A stretch of DNA of 64,000 nt from Bacteroidales bacterium (lineage in GTDB: Bacteria; Bacteroidota; Bacteroidia; Bacteroidales; UBA7960): the NCBI GenBank assembly GCA_003559855.1, contig PWJZ01000047.1:32876-96875 (forward strand). The letters run 5' to 3'. Below the pieces are notes generated by a model that was not told the origin of the DNA, made no database searches, and saw nothing but the letters and a program-made list of their open reading frames with translations. A program made the position numbers and the translations under genes. This document shows positions 19,451 through 29,557 of the stretch, piece by piece. Each line of letters starts with the position of its first letter. Positions within the stretch are counted from its first letter, which is position 1.

Positions 19451-19670
19451 ATTATTAGTGTCCGGTTAAAATTACGAGATTCTTCGCTACGCTCAGAATG
19501 ACAAGCCTTTTTGGAGGTTGGCAATGGAAAAAGGCAGGTGGTGGCTGCGCCACCACCTGCCTTTTTCGCCTCGCCTGTAACAACCTGTCATTCTGAGCGT
19601 AACGAAGTGAAGCGAAGAATCTCGTATAAAAAGTATATTTTTTGTCGGACACTACTGTTAATTTATTATT
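19451..19670. repeat. nested palindromic element with central 19-bp GC-rich hairpin
   Basis: Arms TAGTGTCCG...ACGAGATTCTTCGCT..ACGCTCAGAATGACA (19457..19504) pair with TGTCATTCTGAGCGT..AGCGAAGAATCTCGT...CGGACACTA (19587..19655). The centre is GAAAAAGGCAGGTGGTGGC-tgc-GCCACCACCTGCCTTTTTC (19527..19567). Confidence 0.75.
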
Positions 19671-19710
19671 GACTGTACTTTTTTTACTGACTTTACGGTT
19701 TTTTATCAGA

Positions 19711-20904
19711 TCAGTATAAAAAATTATCATAAGGGTATCTTTTCCGGTGAATTATTTTAACACATTCATACAATGTTTTCCTTAACTCCCCGATATTTTC
19801 TTTTTCAGTTGCTGAAATGAACAGGCAAGGGCTGCTAACCTTTGCCATCCAGGTACGTTTTAGTTCCTGCAGGGTTTTGTTTTCAGGGCTTGCGGGAGTC
19901 AGATCATCAGCTTCTTTCTCAACAAAACTATATTTATCTATCTTGTTGAATAACAATATTGTTTTTTTATCAGCTGCTCCGAGTTCCTGCAATGTTTGGT
20001 TTACCACATTTATCTGTTCTTCAAAGTTAGGATGTGAAATATCTACCACATGCAACAAGATGTCAGACTCCCTTACTTCATCGAGTGTTGATTTAAATGA
20101 CTCAACCAGGTGATGGGGTAGTTTTCTGATAAAGCCAACGGTATCTGACAATAAAAACGGAAGGTTTCCGATCACTATTTTACGTACTGTAGTATCGAGA
20201 GTTGCAAACAATTTGTCTTCGGCAAAAACTTTTGATTTGCTCAAAAGGTTCATTATGGTAGATTTTCCAACGTTTGTATAACCGACCAAAGCTACCCTTA
20301 CCAAAGAACCCCTGTTTGATCTTTGTGTGGTTTTTTGCTTGTCTATTTGTTGGAGTTTTTTTTGCAGCAACGCAATTTTATCTCTTACTATCCGTCTGTC
20401 GGTTTCAATTTCTTTTTCACCGGGTCCGCGAAAGCCTATACCGCCTCTTTGTCGCTCGAGGTGTGTCCACATACCTGCTAGCCTTGGCAGAATATATTTA
20501 TACTGGGCAAGTTCGACCTGTGTTTTGGCATGAGCTGACCGGGCCCGGCTGGCAAAAATATCAAGAATTAAGTGGCTACGGTCAATGACCCTGCATTGAA
20601 ATGACTGTTCAAGATTTCGATTTTGAGAAGCAGTAAGCTCATCATCAAAAACAACAAGATCAATATTATTTTCTTTCACGTAGCTGCCGATCTCCTGAAG
20701 CTTTCCCTTTCCTATATAAGAACCCGGATCGGGCTTGTCAAGTTTTTGCATGAAACGCGTTTGAACAACTCCGCCGGCGGTGTCAACCAAAAAATCAAGC
20801 TCATCAAGGTGTTCATGCACCTTAAACTCTTCACGGCTATTGCAAATAACTCCAACCAAAACAACCTTTTCAGGCTGTCTTGTAGTCTCTATAAATTGAA
20901 CCAT
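19711..20904 (-). CDS. hflX: GTPase HflX
   Basis: 397 aa. HflX N-domain, then G1 GYTNVGKST, G3 DTVGF and G4 NKID. Confidence 0.95.
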   Translation of the reverse strand: MVQFIETTRQPEKVVLVGVICNSREEFKVHEHLDELDFLVDTAGGVVQTRFMQKLDKPDPGSYIGKGKLQEIGSYVKENNIDLVVFDDELTASQNRNLEQSFQCRVIDRSHLILDIFASRARSAHAKTQVELAQYKYILPRLAGMWTHLERQRGGIGFRGPGEKEIETDRRIVRDKIALLQKKLQQIDKQKTTQRSNRGSLVRVALVGYTNVGKSTIMNLLSKSKVFAEDKLFATLDTTVRKIVIGNLPFLLSDTVGFIRKLPHHLVESFKSTLDEVRESDILLHVVDISHPNFEEQINVVNQTLQELGAADKKTILLFNKIDKYSFVEKEADDLTPASPENKTLQELKRTWMAKVSSPCLFISATEKENIGELRKTLYECVKIIHRKRYPYDNFLY

Positions 20905-20953
20905 TTAATCAAACAATCTCTTTTTCAATACAGGATAAAAAAATGCTGCCCGT

Positions 20954-21301
20954 TTATTTGTTGCCATCAGTGACGAAAAACAGCGCCACAGCCCCAAGCA
21001 TTACATGTTGTGCAAACTTGATTACAGATTCGTCTTTAAAGCCATCGAATACAATAACACTAACATATATGGAAACCAGCAACAACAATAAAGCAGAAAT
21101 AACCGTAAGGTTATGTTTGCTCAAAAAGCCTCCTGCAAAAAACAATACACCAAACACGATATAGATAGCGGAGACATAAAAAGCAATATCGTCTAATTTA
21201 AAATCGATAAAAATGTTAAAATATTGCGTAAAAATGACCAGAAGAACAGCTATACGCAACAGCCATTTGGCTAATCCGGTAAATGTAGTCCAGGGTTTCA
21301 T
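20954..21301 (-). CDS. small integral membrane protein, unknown function
   Basis: 115 aa with four predicted hydrophobic helices; no motif recognised. Confidence 0.45.
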   Translation of the reverse strand: MKPWTTFTGLAKWLLRIAVLLVIFTQYFNIFIDFKLDDIAFYVSAIYIVFGVLFFAGGFLSKHNLTVISALLLLLVSIYVSVIVFDGFKDESVIKFAQHVMLGAVALFFVTDGNK

Positions 21302-21371
21302 AATTTTAATAATTTAATTTTTATAATAATCAGTATTTCAGTATTTTATGAATACAACATTTAAAATTCTT

Positions 21372-22367
21372 TTAAAAGCTTTTAAATCCGATAATATTCC
21401 TTACATCTTCAATTGTTTTTGATGCACTTTCCATAGCTTTTTCCTTTCCCATTTCTGCTACTTTTCTTAAGTAGCCGGTATCATTTCCTGTTTCGATGAT
21501 CTTTTCCCTCAATGGAGCTGTAAATTTAATTATATCTTCAGCCAATTGTTTTTTCATATCACCGTATCGAATTGTGCAATCATCGTAAGCTTTGTCAAAA
21601 AAGTCATATGTATCGGGTTCGGAAATAACTTTCATTAATGCGAACAAATTTTTTATTGATTGTGGTCTTTTTTGGTTGGGTTTATCCGGTCCGCTGTCTG
21701 TTACGGCGCTCATTATTTTTTTTCTGATCAGTTTTGGTTCATCGGCGAGGAAAACTGCATTTTTGTCATTTTCCGATTTACCCATTTTCGTTGATCCGTC
21801 GAGTCCGGGGATTTTCACAAGCTCATTTCCGAAGCTAAAGGCATATGGCTGCGGGAAATAATCCGTTTTATACAACCTGTTAAATCTGTTAGCAAAAGTT
21901 CGTGCCATTTCAAGATGTTGTTCCTGATCTTTACCTACAGGTACTTTGGTCGCTTTATGAATAATAATGTCCGCTGCCATAAGCACCGGATATGTAAGAA
22001 GCCCGGCATTAACGTTATCGGGCTGGGTACGTATCTTTTCCTTAAATGAAGTACAACGTTCCAGTTCGCCTTTATATGCATTCATGTTAAGCAACAAATA
22101 CAATTCTGCCACCTGAGGCAGATCACTCTGAATATACAGTGTTGCCGCTTCAGGATCAAGGCCTGCAGCCAGATATTCGACTAAAACCTGTTTGACATTC
22201 CTGTGAAAATCTTCCGGTGTAGGATGGGTGGTTAGTGAATGATAGTCTGCAATAAAAAAATAACATTTATGCTCATGCTGCATCTTTACAAAATTCATTA
22301 CAGCACCAAAATAGTTGCCAAGATGAAGATTGCCCGTTGACCTTATTCCGCTAACTACTGTTTCCAT
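21372..22367 (-). CDS. trpS: tryptophan--tRNA ligase
   Basis: GIRSTGNLHLGNYFGA (HIGH-type) and KMGKS (KMSKS) motifs. I prefer the ATG at 22367 (METVVSG...) over the track start at 22409. Confidence 0.92.
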   Translation of the reverse strand: METVVSGIRSTGNLHLGNYFGAVMNFVKMQHEHKCYFFIADYHSLTTHPTPEDFHRNVKQVLVEYLAAGLDPEAATLYIQSDLPQVAELYLLLNMNAYKGELERCTSFKEKIRTQPDNVNAGLLTYPVLMAADIIIHKATKVPVGKDQEQHLEMARTFANRFNRLYKTDYFPQPYAFSFGNELVKIPGLDGSTKMGKSENDKNAVFLADEPKLIRKKIMSAVTDSGPDKPNQKRPQSIKNLFALMKVISEPDTYDFFDKAYDDCTIRYGDMKKQLAEDIIKFTAPLREKIIETGNDTGYLRKVAEMGKEKAMESASKTIEDVRNIIGFKSF

Positions 22368-22493
22368 GTTTGCGAATTTACGAAAAAAATATGTTGCTTT
22401 AGTGTGCATAAAAAAAAATGGTTCTACTGCAAATTTAGTGGAAACTAAAAAGAAATAATTTATTTAGTTACAATTCGGGTATAATATTATTTT

Positions 22494-22863
22494 AAGCACC
22501 AAATTTCAAGCACCAATTATCAAACAAATTATAATGATATAATGTTCTAATGAAACAAACGCTACATAAAGATACAACCAGTCGTAAAAGTTATTACGAT
22601 TTAGAAGAACGTGCTTTCCGGTTTGCCGGGAGGGTAAGAGAATTTACCAAAAGTTGCCTCTGGCAGTTGAAAACATTGAGGATATAAGTATTTATGATTG
22701 TTTTGAACATTTTATAATTTAAACCCGTTGAAAACAGGTTTGTAAAATTTTCCTGAAATAATTAATTGTATATTAGTTAATAACTTCAAAAATTTTTGCA
22801 AATTTAATTTCTACGGGTTTAATAAATTTGAAAATTGTTTGATAATTAGTGCTTGGTGCTTGG
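22494..22863. repeat. inverted-repeat-bounded cassette carrying a four-helix-bundle gene remnant
   Basis: The left end AAGCACCAAATTTCAAGCACCAATTATCAAACAAATT (22494..22530) matches the reverse complement of AATTGTTTGATAATTAGTGCTTGGTGCTTGG (22833..22863). There is an inner 10-bp inverted repeat TTAAACCCGT (22719..22728) / ACGGGTTTAA (22813..22822). Confidence 0.55.
22550..22722 (+). pseudogene. frameshifted, truncated four-helix-bundle protein (23S rRNA intervening-sequence protein family) remnant
   Basis: Frame 1 reads MKQTLHKDTTSRKSYYDLEERAFRFAGRVREFTK. After a -1 shift it continues KLPLAVENIEDIS, then terminates early. YDLEER..FA...R.F.KKLP....NIED is the N-terminal pattern of this family as I remember it. 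The C-terminal two-thirds (QL.RS..S...NY.EA...) is missing. Confidence 0.5.
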
Positions 22864-22917
22864 AATTTATTTAATTTATATACATTACCCTCAACAATGA
22901 CTTTATCCACTAAAATG

Positions 22918-24687
22918 TTATTGGTTTTCGGAAAACCTGATATTGGATATGTTAAGTTGAATTGAAGTTTTGTCATTCCATGTATTTTCTTCTATATGGT
23001 AAGTGATATCAAAAGATTTGCCCTGTTGTATTCCGGGCAGGAAGTTTCCTTGTTGAAATGCGATTGCATTGAATTCTTTTCTGAGATAGTCAGAATGGGA
23101 AACTTTGAGTTTAAGGTGATTATTTCCCACAATTCTTGCTGAGCCACGGTCAACAAGGTTAGTGGTTATAAAAACAGGATTACTGTTACCCGGTCCGAAA
23201 GGTGCAAATTGTGTTAATATTCTAAAAAACTTATCAGTAATATCATATAGCTTAATTGTTGCATCAATTTCTATTTCCGGTATAAGCATTTCATCTGTAA
23301 TATTCTGATCGACAAAATTTTCAAAATCGTTTGAGAAATCCTGCAGTTTTTCGGGTTTCAGGCTAAGTCCGGCGGCATATTTATGCCCGCCGAAATGTTC
23401 AAGATGTTCTTTGCAATCATTGATGGCATCATATATATCAAAATCTTTTACCGATCTTGCCGATCCAGTTATCATACCATTGGAAAGTGTTAAGATTATT
23501 GTAGGCCTGTAATACGATTCTGTAAGGCGTGAAGCCACAATTCCGATAACTCCTTTGTGCCAGTCAGGGTTATAGAGTATTGTGGCCTTACTTGATTTAA
23601 GCTTATGATCGCTTTCAATCATTTTTAAGGCTTGCCTGGTGATCTCAACATCGAGATTTCGTCTTTCGGTATTTTGATTGTCAATATTAAGGCTCAGGTC
23701 ATGAGTGTCTGCCATTTTTTCACAAATAAGCAGTTTTACGGCATTACTTGCGGTTTCGATTCTTCCTGCAGCGTTGATGCGCGGTCCAACAATAAAAACA
23801 AGGTCATTGATTGTGATCTCACGTGTAAAGATTGTGTTTTTATCCGGCCGGTTTTTTCTGAATACGTTACTGTAAAACAAAATAGATTCCAGCCCGGGAC
23901 GGGGGTCCAGGTTAATCTGTTTAATTCCGTAATAGGCAAATACCCGGTTTTCTTCTGTGATGGGGACAATATCGGCAGCAATGCTGACTACCACAAGGTC
24001 AAGATATTTTTTCAAATCAGTAAACGATTTTTTACTTTTTTTGCTCAGTGCCTGCGCTATTTTAAAACTCAAACCGCATCCCGACAATTCTTTGTATGGG
24101 TAAGGGCAATCTACCTGTTTGGGGTCAATAACAGCATATGCCGGGGGTAATATTTCGCCGGGTCTATGGTGGTCACAAACAATGAAATCAATACCTTTCT
24201 CACGCGCATAAGCAACCTGGCTTACTGCTTTAATGCCGCAATCAAGGCTTATTATAACCGAAAATCCATTTTCAGAGGCAAAATCAATGCTCTTATAGCT
24301 GATACCATATCCCTCCAAATATCTGTCTGGAATGTAAAAGTCAACATTAAAATAAAACTCCTTTATAAAAGAATATAAAAGAGCTACCGCAGTTGTTCCG
24401 TCAACATCATAATCGCCATAAACCAATATTTTTTCATTGTTTTTAATTGCGCGGCTTATCCGGCTTACGCACTTATCCATATCTTTCAGCAAAAAAGGAT
24501 CATGCAATGAAGTGAGGCTCGGACGAAAGAAATTCCTTGCATCCTCAAAGTCAGTGATTCCCCGGAAATATAACAGCTTGGCTAAAATCGGATCGATGGA
24601 CAGTTTTTCGGCAAGGCGTTGAACTACTTCAGGATCAGCATTATTTTTTACCACCCATCGTTTTGTCATTTTAAAACTTTTTAGCAA
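22918..24687 (-). CDS. recJ: single-stranded-DNA-specific exonuclease RecJ
   Basis: DHH-family motifs (YGDYDVDGTT, CDHHRP) and DHHA1 GGHKYAAG. An alternative start is ATG 24669 (MTKRWVV). Confidence 0.9.
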   Translation of the reverse strand: MLKSFKMTKRWVVKNNADPEVVQRLAEKLSIDPILAKLLYFRGITDFEDARNFFRPSLTSLHDPFLLKDMDKCVSRISRAIKNNEKILVYGDYDVDGTTAVALLYSFIKEFYFNVDFYIPDRYLEGYGISYKSIDFASENGFSVIISLDCGIKAVSQVAYAREKGIDFIVCDHHRPGEILPPAYAVIDPKQVDCPYPYKELSGCGLSFKIAQALSKKSKKSFTDLKKYLDLVVVSIAADIVPITEENRVFAYYGIKQINLDPRPGLESILFYSNVFRKNRPDKNTIFTREITINDLVFIVGPRINAAGRIETASNAVKLLICEKMADTHDLSLNIDNQNTERRNLDVEITRQALKMIESDHKLKSSKATILYNPDWHKGVIGIVASRLTESYYRPTIILTLSNGMITGSARSVKDFDIYDAINDCKEHLEHFGGHKYAAGLSLKPEKLQDFSNDFENFVDQNITDEMLIPEIEIDATIKLYDITDKFFRILTQFAPFGPGNSNPVFITTNLVDRGSARIVGNNHLKLKVSHSDYLRKEFNAIAFQQGNFLPGIQQGKSFDITYHIEENTWNDKTSIQLNISNIRFSENQ

Positions 24688-24947
24688 ATATAATAAATAA
24701 TGGATAAGATTTTTGTTTTTAACTTTACAAAATTCAAATCCATATCCAATCGTTTACTAAAATCTTGTTAATGTATAAATTAGCAACCGGATTTAATAAT
24801 CAAAAATTTTTCTGATTTTCAAACCGCCGACAAATTGCCTGAAGTTTTAAAGGCGCAACTTACCAATATTTCGTCCAAATAATTTTAAATTACCTGAAAT
24901 TTGGAGTTACAGAAGAGTGATAACAGATAGCAAGTTGATTGCTAATT

Positions 24948-25184
24948 TTAAGACATAAGCACTCTAATCTGGTTATTTTTGACTTCCACAATACCTTCAT
25001 TTACGTCGAGGTAGAAAAGCTTACGGTTTTCGTCTATTATTTTCACTTTCCCCTTTTCGATGAGAGCTACCAGCGGGGCATGATTCTTAAGGATCTCAAA
25101 AGAACCCATAGCTCCCGGTAATTGTACTAATACAACTTCCCCGGTATAAACGGTTTTTTCGGGTGATATTATTTCGAGAAACAT
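24948..25184 (-). CDS. atpC: F0F1 ATP synthase subunit epsilon (short form)
   Basis: 78 aa, abutting the atpD stop. N-terminal beta-sandwich pattern (EIISPEKTVYTGEV..VQLPG..G.F.IL..HAP). Confidence 0.85.
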   Translation of the reverse strand: MFLEIISPEKTVYTGEVVLVQLPGAMGSFEILKNHAPLVALIEKGKVKIIDENRKLFYLDVNEGIVEVKNNQIRVLMS

Positions 25185-26738
<1,554 letters not shown>

Positions 26739-26962
26739 TCAGTAAACGAATTTAAACATTTTTATTGTTCGGAAATAAAAGTTCAGGGTTTTAAACAGAA
26801 TTTTATTGTTCAGGCCAGCTAAATAATTGAAATTTAATAGTATATGATATGAAATTTTTATTAAACATTTCTATTATATATCTTGATGACCATAATTGTT
26901 GAATCTCGAATCAATATTTACAAACGTTTCGTATTTTAGCATATTCAAATTTTGACCACATT

Positions 26963-27332
26963 GAAAACCTCATTCACTGACGTTAAAAAAATAATGAATG
27001 ATAGCGACGAATTACGGGTTTACCCCTTGAAATAACAAGGTAATGTCATTATACAAGGCTGAATTACTTGTTTGATATTGATTTAAAAAACAATAATTTT
27101 AAAAAGTTTATTTACCGGGGTGAACGGGTAACAAGTGAATAGCTTTTAATTAAACTGTTACCACGAAATTAATACTAATAAAAAACTAATATATATTATT
27201 AAATATCAAGACTTTAATACATTTTATACGAATAAAACCTTCTGGATTGATAGCTTTAAAAATACAGAAGAATGATAAAACAGAAGATTCTACCGAAGTT
27301 ATTAGGAATCAAGATAATAAAACCCTGAACAG
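26963..27332 (+). promoter_or_regulatory. intergenic cassette copy C (5' block GAAAACCTCATTCACTGA, promoter block with TACATTTT at 27218..27225)
   Basis: Shares the 5' block, an ACAAGGTAATG block, an AACGGGTAAC...TTAATTAAACTGTT block (with copy B) and the 3' promoter block AATATATATTAT..ATCAAGACTTTAATACATTTTATA (with copy A). Confidence 0.5.
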
Positions 27333-28250
27333 ATGAAACTATACTCAAAAAATCAGATACCATTAAATGATTCTTTCAGGTATATCGTCATAGGCACTTT
27401 TCCGGGCCTGACATGCAAAAACTGGCATTACCTTATAAATCATATTATTATTGGGGGCCTTGACGACATTCTGTTTGTTCATGTTGAAAATAAACAATCT
27501 TCAAAAGAGATCAATACACGTTTTAACAGCAATTATATTTTGAACAGTAAAAGTGAGTTAATTGATTTTTACAAAATATCAGGCGTACAACATTTACTTT
27601 TTGTTGACAGGAAAGATATAACGGTTGAAAAACAACACTCTTCCGGCAATATTTTGCCGGGATTAGTTAAGAAAGCCTCTGCCATTTATGCAGATTCTTC
27701 TTTAATTTCTGTTTTTGATAACGACTGTATTGACAGCCGTCTTGTTGCTTTGCCTCCAAGGTTGAGTGATTTTAACATTATCAGCAAATTACTTTATAAA
27801 GGCATGGTAAAAAAAGCGGCTTTTGAGCTGGGTTATTTTTATCAGCTCAGAGGCACAATTATTGAAGGAATAAGCCTGGGTCAAAAACTGGGCTATCCCA
27901 CAGCCAACATTTCAATTGACGACATTAGAAAAAAAATCCCCACCAACGGTGTTTATGTTTCAATGGTTAACATTGCCAACAATTGGTATAAAAGTATGAT
28001 AAACATAGGAGTACGCCCGACTCTTAACAAAAGAGACTTTGCAATTGAAGCACATATTTTTGATTTTAAAGATACTATATATGGAAAAAATATATCCGTA
28101 CATCTTATTGACAGGCTTCGTGATGAAAAACGTTTTTCTTCTGTCGAAGCGCTGAAAGAACAAATTATCAAAGACGAAAAACAGGCTTTGTGTATTTTAG
28201 AAAATATTGAAAATGAATTTAATATTAACGACGGGTTTTGTTTTATATGA
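27333..28250 (+). CDS. RibF-like protein: intact riboflavin kinase domain, apparently degenerate FMN adenylyltransferase domain
   Basis: The C-terminal half has GQKLGYPTANI, NGVYV and AIEAHIFDF....YG riboflavin-kinase motifs. The N-terminal half reads VIGTFPGLTCKNWHYL where canonical RibF has GxFDGxHxGH. Confidence 0.7.
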   Translation: MKLYSKNQIPLNDSFRYIVIGTFPGLTCKNWHYLINHIIIGGLDDILFVHVENKQSSKEINTRFNSNYILNSKSELIDFYKISGVQHLLFVDRKDITVEKQHSSGNILPGLVKKASAIYADSSLISVFDNDCIDSRLVALPPRLSDFNIISKLLYKGMVKKAAFELGYFYQLRGTIIEGISLGQKLGYPTANISIDDIRKKIPTNGVYVSMVNIANNWYKSMINIGVRPTLNKRDFAIEAHIFDFKDTIYGKNISVHLIDRLRDEKRFSSVEALKEQIIKDEKQALCILENIENEFNINDGFCFI

Positions 28251-28498
28251 AATCCTCATTCACTGATGATCGCAAGGGAGGATAACTCAGATAACCTGGC
28301 AAAGCTATCTTACAGGCAATGCACGTAAATGACCTCTCAGTAAGCTTTGGAAACTAAGGTAGTATTAATATTAACGGGATAACGGCTAAATCGTATTTAA
28401 TTAACCTGTTGTCCGTTACAATAACACTAGAAACAATAATGCCGGTTTAGGCAAATATATGTTATTAAAAATCAGGGTTTTAATTACATTTTACAGGA
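28249..28498 (+). promoter_or_regulatory. intergenic cassette copy B (5' block GAAATCCTCATTCACTGATGATCGCAAG..., promoter block with TACATTTT at 28485..28492)
   Basis: Fills the whole gap between the RibF-like stop and the radical SAM ATG. By hand alignment, 33 of 43 positions are identical to copy A over the 5' block. Confidence 0.5.
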
Positions 28499-29515
28499 AT
28501 GCGACTCAGCTATAAATCACATTTGCATAATATTGTAAGGTTTGCCGGGGCATTATCCGGTAAGCCGTTGCTCAATTATTTCAAAATCCTTTTAAGTTAC
28601 TATGCTTCAGTTATAACAGGAAATGTTCATACAGCAAAGATGCCTTTTGCTTTTTCTGCCGAAGTTTCATCAAAATGCAACCTCCGATGCCCGGAATGTA
28701 TTGCCGGAGCCGGAAAAACCAAACGGAAAAAGCGATTTATGGATATAGCGATTTTTGAAAAATTATTGGATGAAACATATCGTAAAAGTTTTTATATTAA
28801 CCTCTACTTTCAAGGTGAACCTTTTCTTAATAAAAACATCTTTGATTTTATTTTAAAAGCCAAAAACAAAAGATTTTATACTGTCATTTCGACCAACGGT
28901 CATTTTCTTGATAAAAACAGCAATAAAGAGCTTATATGTTCGGGGCTTGACAAGCTTGTTGTTTCGCTCGACGGAATAAGCGCCGAAACATATAGTCATT
29001 ACAGGAAAGCCGGTGACTTTGAAAAAGTGATTCATGGCATTAAAGATTTGGCAAAGCAGAAAAAGGTTATGAAAACCAATCATCCGTTTATTGTTATACA
29101 GTTTTTGGTACACCGCAACAACGAAGATGAGCTCATACATCTCAAAAGCTATGCGAAGCATCTTGGTGTTGACTCGGTAAAGCTTAAATCGATGCAATTT
29201 CAGGATCCAGTGTCAATACAGGAATTATCGCCGTCAAATGAGAAATACCGTCGTTACAAACAGCTTACAGACGGTACATTGCGTGTAAAAGGCAACCGGC
29301 AAAAGCCCTGCTTTCGCATCTGGAGCCAGGTTGTTATTACATCCGACGGCGATGTTGTCCCTTGCTGTTATGATAAAATACCTGAATATACTGCAGGAAA
29401 CATATATGAAAAAAAAATCACGGAAATCTGGAAGGGCGAAAAGCTTAACGCCCTTCGTTCATGCTTACTACGGAAAAATAATGCGCCCGGTATATGTAAT
29501 AATTGCTACGGCTAA
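28499..29515 (+). CDS. radical SAM protein with SPASM-type C-terminal Cys cluster
   Basis: CNLRCPEC (CX3CX2C) and a C-terminal CFRIW...DGDVVPCCYD...GICNNC. The -7 box ends only 6 nt before this ATG, so the mRNA may be leaderless, or the true start may be Met48 (28640). Confidence 0.8.
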   Translation: MRLSYKSHLHNIVRFAGALSGKPLLNYFKILLSYYASVITGNVHTAKMPFAFSAEVSSKCNLRCPECIAGAGKTKRKKRFMDIAIFEKLLDETYRKSFYINLYFQGEPFLNKNIFDFILKAKNKRFYTVISTNGHFLDKNSNKELICSGLDKLVVSLDGISAETYSHYRKAGDFEKVIHGIKDLAKQKKVMKTNHPFIVIQFLVHRNNEDELIHLKSYAKHLGVDSVKLKSMQFQDPVSIQELSPSNEKYRRYKQLTDGTLRVKGNRQKPCFRIWSQVVITSDGDVVPCCYDKIPEYTAGNIYEKKITEIWKGEKLNALRSCLLRKNNAPGICNNCYG

Positions 29516-29557
29516 ACAAGATATTTATCCGACCTGCTTTCAGAAATCTTTCTTACA

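Noticed and set aside
19455-19730. 91-aa minus-strand ORF (…ASLRYAQNDRLL…VILSVAKNLVILTGH)
   Set aside because: It is a translation of the palindromic repeat element and overlaps the hflX stop. The same peptide-like strings arise wherever this repeat occurs.
22773-22976. 67-aa minus-strand ORF between the cassette and recJ
   Set aside because: It spans the right inverted repeat and overlaps the 3' end of recJ in another frame, so it is spurious.
28262-28275. Box C/D-like UGAUGA ... CUGA in cassette copy B
   Set aside because: C/D-box sRNAs are archaeal or eukaryotic. The motifs are not conserved in copies A and C, so the match is most likely chance.
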